A stretch of DNA of 64,000 nucleotides from Eledone cirrhosa (GCA_964016885.1 OZ024750.1:28520001-28584000), one strand, 5' to 3'. Positions 42,449 to 57,648 are shown, counted from the stretch's first letter. Program-made: numbers and translations. The notes: a model not told the origin generated them from the letters alone.

Positions 42449-42519
42449 TATAGATGTATATAGTAAACACAAGGGTGGTGCCCCAGCATGTTTAGAACTA
42501 CAAGTGAAGTCATTCTTCT

Positions 42520-42561
<42 letters not shown>

Positions 42562-42568
42562 TAAATAT

Positions 42569-42620
<52 letters not shown>

Positions 42621-42626
42621 ACATAT

Positions 42627-42824
42627 AATATATAAATATATGATACATATAATATATAAATATATGATACATATATTTATATATAATATATGATACATAT
42701 ATACAGACACACACACATACATATATAATATATGTTACATATACACACACATGTATATATATATATATATGTGTGTGTTACATACAATATATAAATATAT
42801 GATGCATATATATATATATAATAT

Positions 42825-42855
<31 letters not shown>

Positions 42856-42858
42856 AAT

Positions 42859-42889
<31 letters not shown>

Positions 42890-42929
42890 AATATATATAT
42901 ATATAATATATATATATATATATAAATAT

Positions 42930-42965
<36 letters not shown>

Positions 42966-43003
42966 AATATATATATATATAATATATATATATATATAAA
43001 TAT

Positions 43004-43058
<55 letters not shown>

Positions 43059-43107
43059 TATATATATATATATTTATATATATATATATATTATATATAT
43101 ATATATT

Positions 43108-43143
<36 letters not shown>

Positions 43144-43183
43144 ATATTTATATATATATATATATATTATATATATATATATT

Positions 43184-43214
<31 letters not shown>

Positions 43215-43217
43215 ATT

Positions 43218-43248
<31 letters not shown>

Positions 43249-43450
43249 ATATTATATATATATATATGCATCATATATTTATATATTGTATGTAACACAC
43301 ACATATATATATATATATACATACATGTGTGTGTATATGTAACATATATTATATATGTATGTGTGTGTGTCTGTATATATGTATCATATATTATATATAA
43401 ATATATGTATCATATATTTATATATTATATGTATCATATATTTATATATT
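42627..43450. repeat. ~820-bp palindrome of AT-rich microsatellite DNA
   Basis: Landmarks mirror each other (atacagacac at 42701 vs gtgtctgtat at 43367-43376; gatgca vs tgcatc). The right arm ends exactly at the start of the HHR element. Confidence 0.85.
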
Positions 43451-43515
43451 CCTGTACACAGCTAAGTATTCTATAAGTCTCTAGCTGTGTCATTCTCGAT
43501 AAAAGCACTGGATAT

Positions 43516-43558
43516 GTAGTCCTGATGATTTCTAACAAGAATGAAACGCGTAGATTAC
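43516..43558 (+). ncRNA. Minimal type I hammerhead ribozyme, copy 1
   Basis: gtagtc-CTGATGA-tttct aaca agaat-GAAA-cgcg-TA-gattac. Stem I is extended by a perfect 16-bp helix (43492-43507 / 43565-43580). Confidence 0.85.
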
Positions 43559-43825
43559 TTCCCTTGCTTTTATCGAGAATCTAATTGTAATACGTGACGT
43601 ATTCTATTCTATAGCGATTAGGTCTTCAAAATGTTTATTATAAACATACAGAATATTTTCGAATATTCTATGTCTATATTCACATATATATCGCTATTTC
43701 AGAGCATTTATTCCAATTTCTAATTTCTGCCGGACCGGCAACCGCTCTTTCAAACCAGTTCCTGTACACAGCTAAGTATTCTATAAGTCTCTAGCTGTGT
43801 CATTCTCGATAAAAGCACTGGATAT

Positions 43826-43868
43826 GTAGTCCTGATGATTTCTAACAAGAATGAAACGCGTAGATTAC
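43826..43868 (+). ncRNA. Minimal type I hammerhead ribozyme, copy 2
   Basis: Same sequence as copy 1, 310 bp downstream. Confidence 0.85.
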
Positions 43869-44277
43869 TTCCCTTGCTTTTATCGAGAATCTAATTGTAA
43901 TACGTGACGTATTCTATTCTATAGCGATTAGGTCTTCAAAATGTTTATTATAAACATACAGAATATTTTCGAATATTCTATGTCTATATTTTAAATATAT
44001 ATATAATATATATAAATATATATATATATATAATATATATAAATATATATATATATAAATATATATATATATAATATATATAAATATATGATACATATAT
44101 ATATACATACATATATATGATGCATATATATATACATATAATATAAATATATGATACATATATATATATAGATATATATATATATATATACATATATAAT
44201 ACATATATATATACATATATAAATATATGATACATATACACACACACACACATGTATATATATATATATATATATAC

Positions 44278-44377
<100 letters not shown>

Positions 44378-44739
44378 CAACCAAATGCAGGAAGAAGACG
44401 ACAAAAAAAAAAAAGGTAAAGGTAAAGAAGACAAAGAATAAAAAGTAAAAACATGTTGTTGTGAACAAAGGAGTCTGTTAGTTTGGATTGTTGATAGATT
44501 AACCAATCAGCTTTGACCTTACAGCTTGGTGAGCGGAAATCTTCGTTGTATGGAGTCCCGTTGGAAAACTATGGCTGACTACATCCTTTGTCGTCTGCTA
44601 TCCTTCCAGTTAGAAAGCTCTCTTCTCTTCCCTCTCCACTTTATTCCGAGTGCTGTCTTTATCCATTACTCCAGCAATACTTTCTTCACACAACACTGAC
44701 TGTGTTGCTGTTGTTGTTTGTGTTTTTTAACATCTTTTC

Positions 44740-45810
44740 TCCCACTACCACCACCACCACAACTAATACCACTATCGCCATCACTACCACAACTAATACT
44801 ACCACCACAACTAATACCACTATCGCCATCACTACCACAACTAATACTACCACCACAACTAATAGTACCACCGCAACTAACACCACTAATACTAACACCA
44901 CTCTCGCCAACACTACCACAACTAATACCACTATCGCCATCACTACCACAACTAATACTACCACCACAACTAACACCACTGCCGCAACTAATACTACCAT
45001 CGCCATCACTACCACAACTAATACTACCACCACAACTAACACCACTACCGCAACTAATACTACCACCACAACTAATACCACTATCGCCATCACTACCACA
45101 ACTAATACTACCACCACAACCGCAACTAATACTACCACCACAACTAATACTACCATCAACACCACTACCACCACAGCTAATACCACTAACAAGACAACTA
45201 CCGCCACCACTAAGACAAGCACCAACACAACTACAACTATCACTACTACCACCACAGCTAACACAAGCACCTCTACCACCACCGCCCCAACCACCACCAA
45301 CACAACTACAGCCATCACTACCACCACTACCACTACTAACACAAGTACCACGCCTGATATGTTTCCCCGTTTTAGTATTCCCATTAACTATCCCCATACT
45401 ACTACCACTACTATTACTACTACTACTACTACCACAAACAACAACAACAACAACAACAACAACACGACTACAACATTAACCCCCTCCCTCCCCCGTCTCA
45501 CAAGCTAACAACAACATAACCTCCAAAACTTACAAACTAGACCACTAACAACAACAATAATATCAACAATAACAACACCCCTTCCACCTTATACGTTAGA
45601 CTACTACAACACCACCGCCACACAACACTACCATCATTACCACTCCTACAACGGCCCATACCACAACCATAACAATAACCACATCAACCACAAAATCTGC
45701 AGGCTAAACTATGTATATATGTGTGTGTGCGTGTGTATGTGTGTAGATGTGTTTGTGTGTTTGTGCGCGTCTGTGTGTACATGTGTTTGTGTACTTGTGT
45801 GTGTGTGTAC

Positions 45811-45848
<38 letters not shown>

Positions 45849-46300
45849 ATCTGTTTGTGTATGTGTGTATGTACATGTGTGTGTGTACTTGTGTGTGTGT
45901 ACTTGTCTGTGTGTGTGTACTTGTGTGTGTGTGTATACGTGTATGTACATGTGTTTGTGTGTTTATGTGTGTGTGTGTGTATGTACATGTGTTTGTGTGT
46001 TTATGTGTGTGTGTATGTACATGTGTTTGTGTGTTTATGTGTGTGTGTATGTACATGTGTTTGTGTGTTTATGTTTGTGTGTATGTATATGTGTTTGTGT
46101 GTTTGTGTATGTGTGTATGTGTGTGTGTGTGTGCACTTGTGTATACGTGTATGTACATGTGTTTGTGCGTTTGTGTATGTGTGTGTGTACGCGTGTGCGT
46201 ATGTTTGTGTGTGTGTGTACGTGTATGCATGTGTACGCGTGTTTGTACGTTTGTGTATACGTACGTGTATGCATGTGTACGCGCGTGTGTGTGTGTGTTT
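44740..46300. repeat. (ACC/ACT)n-derived minisatellite and TG-rich repeat
   Basis: Direct inspection. Confidence 0.9.
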
Positions 46301-46584
46301 AGGATAAACCCCCAGGAACAACAGCCACATCCTGAAAACATCAGCATCACCATGACAACAGTTTACCCCCCCCCCCCCCTACCGACATCCGTAATATTTA
46401 CAAGACCAACTCTATCCTCAGTATTAGTCTCCGGTAAGCGCCTGGCTTGTTCCACAAAGAGACCAGGCTTTACCCTACCCTAGCAGCAGTTAAAGAGAGG
46501 TGGCGGCGGGGGGGCCCCACCCTGCACAAAGCGGAAATCAGACAACACGACAACCACACGACGTGCGTTTTATGATTTATTAAT

Positions 46585-47205
46585 AATAATTGTTTCTACT
46601 TTAGGCACAAGGCCACCAATTTACCAGTGCATTACTGGTACTTTATTTTATCGACCCCGTAAGGATGAAAGGCAAAGTCAATCTCGATGGGATTTGAACT
46701 CAAACGTAAAGGGACGTAACCTTATGCTGGAAAGCATGGCGTCCGATCCTCTACCGATACTGCCAATCCACCAATAATAATGGTTTCTACTTTTGGCACA
46801 AGGCCAGCTATTACCCCAGTGTATTACTGGTACTTTATTTTATCGACCCCGTAAGGATGAAAGGTAAAGTCAACCTCGACGGGATTTGAACTCAATAATA
46901 ATGATTTCTTTCTTTAATATTGGTTTCTGATTTAGGTTCAAGGCCAGCAATTTCAGGGAAATTGGAAAGTCGATTAAATCAGCCTTGGGGCATTACTGGT
47001 ACTGTACTTTAACGACCTTGTAAGGGTGAAAGACAAAGCTTAACCTAGGCAATAATAATTGTTTCTACTTTAGGCACAAGGCCAGCAATTACCCAGTGCA
47101 TTACTGGTACTTTATTTTATCGACCCCGTAAGGATGGAAGCCAAAGTTAACTTCGGCGGGATTTGAACTCAGACCGTAAAGTGCCGTAACTCTATGCTGC
47201 AAAGG
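46585..47205 (-). mobile_element. Cluster of four SINE copies
   Basis: SINE motifs, head-to-tail. Confidence 0.9.
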
Positions 47206-47735
47206 TCACATAGGGCTCATATTAAGAGAACAATAAAGATGACAGAGGAGGTTAACCCTGACATTGTTGTTGCTAGAGTTGATGTTTTGTTAATCGTGTA
47301 AATACGATTATACAAATTAGACACAAAGACACACACACACACACACACACACACAAAGACACACACACACACACACATATTATATATATATATTATATAT
47401 ATATATTTTATGTATTTATATATCATATATATATATTTTATATATATATTTTATATATATATTTTATATATCTATATATTATATATATATGTTATGTATA
47501 TATATCATATATATATATTTTATATATATTTTTTATGTATATATATATTTTATATATATATTTTTATGTATATATATCACACACATATATATATAAATAT
47601 ATATATTTTATATATATATATATATATATTTTATATATATATATATTTTATATATATATATATTTTATATATATATATATATATATATTTTATATATATA
47701 TATATTTTATATATATATATATATGTATATATATC

Positions 47736-47766
<31 letters not shown>

Positions 47767-47872
47767 TCACATATATATCATATATATATATATTGTGTAT
47801 ATATCTTATATATATATATATATTTTATATATATATATATATTTTATATATATTTTATATATATTTTTTTGC

Positions 47873-47926
<54 letters not shown>

Positions 47927-48106
47927 CATGTATGTATATCTGTATGTATACAGATATACATACATGCATACATACGAATATTTACATACATTCATGCGTA
48001 CATAAACACACAAATACACATACATACACAAATTCACACATAAATGCACACATACATCCAAAAGAATACATACATACATACATACATACATACATACATA
48101 CATACA

Positions 48107-48138
<32 letters not shown>

Positions 48139-48521
48139 AACACACACATAGATACGTATAAACTATTGTCTTTGTCCTCGACAGAAACTATATTCTATCC
48201 ACAAACGGATAGCTCCAACACACACTCCCGGTGTTAATGCATGCACACGCACCACACACATGCATGCATACACACACACAGACACACACATGTAGTAATA
48301 CTATAAAATGTGAAGACTTAAATCCGAAGAAGGCTCAATAAGAATTATATATATATTAATTATATCTCATAAAATAATACAACTGGTTTTTCCACATTAT
48401 ACATATTGTTAGCACCCCAAACACTTAAATTGGCTTTATATTTTAATATAACCTAATGTTTGTTGAGTGAGATGGTTACCAGTCAGAGTTTAGCTTTAAA
48501 CTATCTCTGTTATTGTATTAA

Positions 48522-48571
<50 letters not shown>

Positions 48572-48843
48572 TCAGAAGATACCATTAAGGGTCAAAGCAC
48601 CGATTCTTTGCTTAAACTTTAATGTTATTTTAATATATACACACACAGAGACAGACACACACAGACACACAGACACGCATACATACATACACACACACGC
48701 ACGCATACATACATACATACATACACACTATACTCTTAAAGAGGCCTATATATGTAAAACAAATCCTCTGTCTGTTGTATTTTAAATCATTGTTATTGTT
48801 GATCTGTTAAACTGTGATTAGGTTTCAATTTTTCTTATTCATA

Positions 48844-49022
48844 TAATTGTTTCTACTTTAGGCACAAGGCCAGCAATTACCCAGTGCATTACTGGTACTT
48901 TATTTTATCGACCCTGTGAGGATGAAAGGCAAAGTCAACCGCGGCGGGATTTGAACTCAGATCGTAAAGGGACGTAACTATGCTGGAAAGCATGGCGTCC
49001 GACCCTCTACCGCTACTGCCAA
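48844..49022 (-). mobile_element. SINE copy
   Basis: SINE motifs. Confidence 0.9.
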
Positions 49023-49184
49023 TAATAATAAGTGTAAAGCCTTTATGTCCGTCTGTCACAAGTCGTCTAAATTTATTTTAAATCATTTAAAATTCAGGAA
49101 AAAGGAGTTAGGGTAGAGGTGGAGGTGGAGGAAATCTCAAATGTTCTGTTAACAGTGTTGCATTATATACAGACACACTTATGT

Positions 49185-49219
<35 letters not shown>

Positions 49220-50037
49220 GCATTATATATACACACATATACATTATATATATATACACACATATATATATATAGGCATTATATATATATACACACCCAT
49301 ATACATTATATATATATACAGGCATTATATATATACACACCCATATACATTATATATATATATATATATATATACACATAGATATATACATTATATATAT
49401 ACACGCGTACACACTAATATACATTATATACACACACACATTATATATTAATATATATACACATATACATTTATTTATTTATATATATATATGTATACAC
49501 ATATATACATTATTTATTTATATATATATACACATATATACATTTATTTATATATATATATACACATATATACATTATTTATTTATATATATGTTTATAT
49601 ATATATATATATATATACACATATAGATTATATATATATACATATATATATATATTTACACACTCACACATGCATACATTATATACATACATATATACTA
49701 ACACACATTTATATACATAATATATATACATAAGTGTGTGTATGTATATTAAAATTTGATATAGAAATCGCTGTTACATTAAATGATAGTTTTGTACCAG
49801 TGATTATTTAAGGGTTGTTTCTATATTTTGTTATAACTTCAAAATAAAGATATTTCTGAAATAGGCACAAATCAATAACTTTCGGAAACAACGAACAAAA
49901 TTTGATTACATTTATCTCATTTCTTAAATCTTGCTTTATTGTATCGATGATAAAATCACTGAAGTTTACTATACAAAAGAAGTTGATATTTGTAAAGTAT
50001 TACATCTAGAGGCATGGCATAAGTATTGTTTTGTGGT

Positions 50038-50082
<45 letters not shown>

Positions 50083-50347
50083 TATATATATATATATATA
50101 CATAAAAGAAGTATAAGTCAACAGGTTAAAATTAACTTCGTTTATTCATATATGTGTGCGCACACACACACATACACATATATGAATAAACGAAGTTAAT
50201 TTTAACCTAATCAGAAGGAATCTTTATTTGGTATCCAAATCAATTCAGTTGTAGAGATTATTTGATATCCAAATAAAGATCCCTTGTGATGAGCGATAAC
50301 ATACATTTCTGTTAGAATCATCTAACGTCGTGAAACCTTGAGTAATG

Positions 50348-50383
<36 letters not shown>

Positions 50384-50936
50384 AAATGGGGAGAAGAATA
50401 CTGCAGGTTGCACATGGATAACATGTAATAAAATGAGTCCCTCATCAGTGATTTGCCGACGATCATAGATATTTCATTGCATTAAAAATCATATACCTCA
50501 CGTCGGTGCAATAATAACTAAATTAAGTTATTAGGACAATTAAAACGCGTAAAGCGAGTGAGACAAGATAACAACAAAGAGGAGAGCTAATCGTAGAGAG
50601 GAAGGGAACAAGCTACATAGTTATTCTGTTAGCATAAGATATATATATAAATTTTAGTACAGCATTAACGAAGTTTTAGAACACGGCCAAGCTAACGAAT
50701 GCAGAATCGGTCTGTAGCTTTAGCACTCAGATGGGGAAAAGAACCCCAGAGTAATAACAATATGTTCAGACAGCTTAGCAAATCAGATATAGCGGTCGGC
50801 AGTCCAGCCGCATTACTTGAGTAACGAAAATACAGCACCCAGGAAAAGATTGTATACTGACCCAGACAGAGCGGTGAGGCTGAATGCAAATCCAGGGAGT
50901 TGCTCTCTATCGGATCCTTCTGTCATTACAACAGCA

Positions 50937-51023
50937 GGGGTCCGACGAGCTTTTGATTCCAGAGTTGGGCCAGATCGATACAGATCGAAGCTTGAGCTGA
51001 TCAATAGCGAAACGCGCGTCCCC
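50937..51023 (+). ncRNA. Variant hammerhead-like motif with long stem II
   Basis: ggggt-CCGACGA-gcttttgat...atcaatagc-GAAA-cgcgcg-TC-ccc. U4C core change and weak stem I. Shares cttgagctgatc with the 59329 HHR. Confidence 0.5.
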
Positions 51024-51766
51024 AATCAATAAACGTGGGTGTTATATAGAATATATAAGTTAGTTAGATCGAATCTTTGCCTTTGATCTCGCGTCTTTCA
51101 CATGATCTTGACTGCGTATTTCAGGAGGGTGAGGGTGGGGGGATTTATGGCTTTATACCAAGATAACCTCTATTTATTGAGATTCAGTGCAGCTTTTTTT
51201 TTTTTTTTTTTCCAAATATTTCTGGAGGAAAATGTTTTTAGGTTAACCTTGAACTTTTCCTTGTACCTCAGCCATGGACTGGTCATTCTACATTTCCCCT
51301 TCAACCATGGAGTTGGTTATACATGAGGACTTTTAGAATTCTTTTGTCACTAATTCTGACATGACCAATCGACCTTAATTGGGATTGCAAATGAAAGGAA
51401 TCAACGCCACCAATTTTACCTGTAGGGAATAATATAACTTTGATAACTTTGATAGGTCTCGGTCAGTATTGGTCCAGGCCATGTCTAATTTAATAGTACC
51501 AGGTCAACATTTGAATTTATTTCATTTATGCTGTATCCTCGAATGGTGTGGTAAGAACACGCTACTTATTAAAACTGGGGAATATGTGATCGACGGGGAG
51601 TGAGGGTGTCTAGATTAGGATCTGTACATGAGACTGGAAATGAATAGAGCTTGGTCGATATTAATTTTTGTTTTCTATGATATTCCACTTTCATCCCACA
51701 GTCGATGACAAAGTTTACTGAAAGAGTTTATAACTTTGGTTACACCGTGGACTATTTCATATATAC

Positions 51767-51835
<69 letters not shown>

Positions 51836-51839
<4 letters not shown>

Positions 51840-52141
51840 AAGGTTATATTTAATTTGTTGGGATACAACAAGCTTAAAAATATTTTTATAACTCATATAA
51901 AGCACTCAACAGTTTATTGGAGTAAATATACAATATATTAACAAATGGAAGCTATCCAGGAAGCTCCAACCGTTAAGGTTGTCTTTTTTTCAGGGTATGT
52001 CAATATTTATTTATAAAACTAATCTGTATTGTATTTTATCTGATGAAAGCGCACCATAATTTGCCTTGGTGGCCCTTGAAATTTGAATAATAAAATAAAT
52101 ATGGTTTTATAAATATAGTTTCCATTTGTTAATATATTGTG

Positions 52142-52142
<1 letters not shown>
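51836..52142. mobile_element. Family A element with internal inversion (3' part on -, HHR part on +)
   Basis: 51836-51950 is the reverse complement of the 4330-4440 tail; 51953-52142 matches 32110-32290. Confidence 0.8.
52032..52097 (+). ncRNA. Minimal type I hammerhead ribozyme (family A)
   Basis: tattttat-CTGATGA-aagcgcacca...tggtggccctt-GAAA-tttgaa-TA-ataaaata. Confidence 0.75.
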
Positions 52143-52172
<30 letters not shown>

Positions 52173-52178
<6 letters not shown>

Positions 52179-52330
52179 AGATTCAGGGCCCCGACAGCTA
52201 GATCCGAACTAAAGCCGGAGCTCAGCCGTCGGGGTCCTGAATCTTGTCATATTACCCACTCTACTACCCTAAGTATTGAGTACTCTGGTGCGTTATAGTT
52301 CACCTGGTATCTTACCACACCCTCTCTGTT
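52173..52330 (+). mobile_element. Family B variant element with short 5' inversion
   Basis: atgaaaagattcagggccccgacagct / agccgtcggggtcctgaatcttgtcat, then the family B tail. Confidence 0.75.
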
Positions 52331-52576
52331 TATATATATAAACATACGTATGAATGCATATATGTATATGTGAATATATACGTGTGTATGTATACGTACA
52401 TACATATATGTGTATATGTGTATATATACGTGTATATATAAACGTTTATGCATAAATTCATACGTGTACATAAGCGGAAAACGTACGGAATAATTTGCCG
52501 CACCCGCCTACAAACTATGTACACACACACACATATACACACACACATATATATATATATATACACACACATATAT

Positions 52577-52617
<41 letters not shown>

Positions 52618-52667
52618 TATATATGTGTGTACATACATACACTATTTTTGTCTCCATATATCCACTA

Positions 52668-55450
52668 CCCCCTATACCACAATCGCCACCATCGCCACTA
52701 CATCCACCACCACCGCCCACACCTATACCACAATCGCCACCACCGCCGCCACTACATCCACCACCACCGCCCACACCTATACCACAATCGCCACCACCAA
52801 CGCCACTACATCCACCACCACCGCCCACACCTATACCACAATCGCCACCACCGCCACTACATCCACCACCACCACCGCCCACACCTATACCACAATCGCC
52901 ACCAACGCCACTACCTCCACCACCACCACCACCCACACCTATACCACAATCGCCACCAACGCCACTACATCCACCACCACCACCCACACCTATACCACAA
53001 TCGCCACCAACGCCACTACATCCACCACCACCACCGCCCACACCTATACCACAATCGCCACCAACGCCACTACCTCCACCACCACCACCACCCACACCTA
53101 TACCACAATCGCCACCAACGCCACTACAGCCACCACCACCGCCCACACCTATACCACAATCGCCACCAACGCCACTACATCCACCACCACCACCCACACC
53201 TATACCACAATCGCCACCAACGCCACTACAGCCACCACCACCGCCCACACCTATACCACAATCGCCACCACCGCCACTACCTCCACCACCACCACCGCCC
53301 ACACCTATACCACAATCGCCACCAACGCCACTACCTCCACCACCACCACCACCCACACCTATACCACAATCGCCACCAACGCCACTACATCCACCACCAC
53401 CACCCACACCTATACCACAATCGCCACCACCGCCGCCACTACATCCACCACCACCGCCCACACCTATACCACAATCGCCACCACCAACGCCACTACATCC
53501 TCCACCACCGCCCACACCTATACCACAATCGCCACCAACGCCACTACATCCTCCACCACCGCCCACACCTATACCACAATCGCCACCAACGCCACTACCT
53601 CCACCACCACCACCGCCCACACCTATACCACAATCGCCACCAACGCCACTACCTCCACCACCACCACCGCCCACACCTATACCACAATCGCCACCACCAA
53701 CGCCACTACCTCCACCACCACCGCCCACACCTATACCACAATCGCCACCACCAACGCCACTACATCCTCCACCACCGCCCACACCTATACCACAATCGCC
53801 ACCAACGCCACTACCTCCACCACCACCACCGCCCACACCTATACCACAATCGCCACCAACGCCACTACCTCCACCACCACCACCGCCCACACCTATACCA
53901 CAATCGCCACCACCGCCACTACATCCACCACCACCGCCCACACCTATACCACAATCGCCACCAACGCCACTACATCCACCACCACCACCCACACCTATAC
54001 CACAATCGCCACCAACGCCACTACCTCCACCACCACCACCACCCACACCTATACCACAATCGCCACCAACGCCACTACATCCACCACCACCACCCACACC
54101 TATACCACAATCGCCACCAACGCCACTACCTCCACCACCACCACCACCCACACCTATACCACAATCGCCACCACCAACGCCACTACATCCTCCACCACCG
54201 CCCACACCTATACCACAATCGCCACCAACGCCACTACCTCCACCACCACCACCGCCCACACCTATACCACAATCGCCACCAACGCCACTACCTCCACCAC
54301 CACCGCCCACACCTATACCACAATCGCCACCAACGCCACTACATCCACCACCACCGCCCACACCTATACCACAATCGCCACCACCGCCACTACATCCTCC
54401 ACCACCGCCCACACCTATACCACAATCGCCACCAACGCCACTACATCCACCACCACCGCCCACACCTATACCACAATCGCCACCACCAACGCCACTACAT
54501 CCTCCACCACCGCCCACACCTATACCACAATCGCCACCAACGCCACTACCTCCACCACCACCACCACCCACACCTATACCACAATCGCCACCACCAACGC
54601 CACTACATCCTCCACCACCGCCCACACCTATACCACAATCGCCACCAACGCCACTACCTCCACCACCACCACCGCCCACACCTATACCACAATCGCCACC
54701 AACGCCACTACCTCCACCACCACCGCCCACACCTATACCACAATCGCCACCAACGCCACTACATCCACCACCACCGCCCACACCTATACCACAATCGCCA
54801 CCACCGCCACTACATCCTCCACCACCGCCCACACCTATACCACAATCGCCACCACCGCCACTACATCCACCACCACCGCCCACACCTATACCACGATCGC
54901 CACCAACGCCACTACATCCACCACCACCACCCACACCTATACCACAATCGCCACCACCGCCGCCACTACATCCACCACCAGCACCCACACCTATACCACA
55001 ATCGCCACCAACGCCACTACATCCACCACCACCGCCCACACCTATACCACAATCGCCACCACCGCCACTACATCCACCACCACCACCGCCCACACCTATA
55101 CCACAATCGCCACCACCGCCACTACATCCACCACCACCACCGCCCACACCTATACCACAATCGCCACCACCGCCACTACATCCATCACCACCACCGCCTA
55201 CACACCTATACCACAATCGCCACCACCGCCACTACATCCACCACCACCACCGCCCACACCTATACCACAATCGCCACCACCGCCACTACATCCACCACCA
55301 CCACCGCCCACACCTATACCACAATCGCCACCACCAACGCCACTACATCCTCCACCACCGCCCACACCTATACCACAATCGCCACCACCAACGCCACTAC
55401 ATCCTCCACCACCGCCCACACCTATACCACAATCGTCACCACCAACGTCA
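52668..55450. repeat. ~2.8-kb minisatellite, ~51-57-bp units (CCCACACCTATACCACAATCGCCACC...)
   Basis: Unit length varies by CAC triplets; accounts for the 900-1200 aa ORFs. Confidence 0.95.
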
Positions 55451-56515
55451 CCACCAACATAATTCTATCATCTTTACTTCCATATATATACCTCCTCCCA
55501 CCACCACCAACACCACCGCCAACACAACCACCACCATCGTCAATACCACCACTAATACCACCACCGCCACCACCTAATTCTATCATCTTTACTTCCATAT
55601 ATCCCAACACCACCACCCTCAACACCACCACTAATACCACCGCCACAAATACTACCAACACACTATCACCTATACTACCATCACCACTACCACCTACACC
55701 ACTATCACCACCACCGTCAATATCACCACTAATACCCCCACACCCCCCACTACCACCTAATACTATCGTCATTACTTCCATATATCCAACAACACCACCA
55801 ACACACTATCACCTATACTACCATCACCACCAACGCCGCGCTTATACCAGCAACACCTATACCACAATCATCGCCACCACCATCACCACCACCACTACTA
55901 CATCCACCGTCACCACCACCACCACTACATCCACCGCCACCACCACCACTACATCTAACACCACCACCACCACCATTACATCTAATCACCACCACTACTA
56001 CATCCACTGCCACCACCACTACTACATCCACTGCCACCACCACCACCACTACTACTTCTAATCATCACCACTACTACATCCAGCACCACCACTACCACAT
56101 CCACTATCACCACCACCACTATATCTAACACCACCACCACCGCTACTACATCCACTGCCACCACCACCACCACTACTACATCCACTGCCACCACCACCAC
56201 CACCACTACTACATCTAATCATCACCACTACTACATCCAGCACCACCACTACCACTACTATATGCACTATCACCACCACCACTATATCTAACACCACCAC
56301 CACCACTATATCTAACACCACCACCACCACTATATCTAACACCACCACCACCACTATATCTAACACCACCACCACCACTATATCTAACACCACCACCACC
56401 ACTACATCTAACACCACCACCACCACATCTAACACCACCACCACCACTACATCTAACACCACCACCACCACCACCACTACTACATCCAGCACCACCACCA
56501 CCACCACCACCTAAT
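55450..56515. repeat. Degenerate (CAC)n repeats
   Basis: Direct inspection. Confidence 0.9.
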
Positions 56516-57648
56516 ACTATCCTCTTTACTACCAGATACCCTCCCCCACCCACTCTGTTCCCTCTCCTTTGTCTTATCTCACTTATTTTCCCCCAATAAC
56601 TACGAAAACCAATGCAACGCACGCGCGCACACAACTGACGCTCCGCACACGCAGGCGTAATGGTCCACGGGTGCGGAGCGTCAGTCAGGAGGGAGGAAGG
56701 AGGGGTGGAGCATATGTGGAGGGTGTAGGAGGAGGGGGTGAGAGCTTGCTCTCGGTCTAGAAAGGAAATAAGATTTAGAGAAGAGAAGTAGAAAGTGTGA
56801 AAGTAAGAGGTAGAAAGGTTTGAGAGTGTGTGAGATCTCCCCCTCTCTCTGTCTCTCTCTCTCGCTCTCGCTCTCTCTCTCTCTCTCGCTCGCTCTCTCT
56901 GTCTCGATCTCTCTGTCTCGATCTCTCTGTCTCGATCTCTCTATCTCTATTTCTCTCACAGTCTTGATCTCTCTCTCTCTCTCTCTTTCTCTCTTGTACA
57001 AACACACACACACACGTATATATACATACACGTACATACACACACTTATATACATATACATACATAAATACACACATATATATATATACACACACACACA
57101 TATATATACATGCACAAACGTATACATATACAAACGTAAACATATACGTGCATACATGCACACACAACATATATACATACATACTCAAACGTATACATAC
57201 ACACACACACACACCATATATATACATACACAAACGTATACATGCACACACACACACAACATATATACATACATACTTATCTAAACGTATATATACACAC
57301 ACACACCATATATACATACACAAACGTATACATGCACACACACACAACATATATACATACTCAAATGTGTACACACACACTATATGTATACATACACAAA
57401 CAACATATATACATACTTATCTAAACGTATATATACACACACACCATATATATACATACACAAACGTATACATAAACGTGCATACATACACACTCAATAT
57501 ATATATACATACTCAGACGTATACATACACATACGTATACATATACACATACATACTCAAAGGTATACATACACACACACCATGTATATATATAAATACA
57601 CAAACGAATACATACATCCAGATACACAAACACTACATATATATATGT

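Larger units (their letters stand above)
43449..43990 (+). mobile_element. Retrozyme-like / non-autonomous PLE-like element: 1.75 tandem copies of a 310-bp HHR-containing monomer
   Basis: Apparently identical 232-bp direct repeats 43449-43680 and 43759-43990 (period 310), each with an intact HHR. No ORF. Embedded in (TA)-rich DNA. Confidence 0.8.

Noticed and set aside
50285-50480. Hammerhead-like fragments (GTGATGA...GAAAC on +; GAAA...CTGATGA on -)
   Set aside because: Core or stems are incomplete in both arrangements.
52448-56061. 900-1200 aa ORFs resembling mucin, extensin or His-rich proteins
   Set aside because: Open in four frames because the minisatellite lacks stop codons. They start in TA/CA microsatellite, have no signal peptide, and shift frame near 55197.
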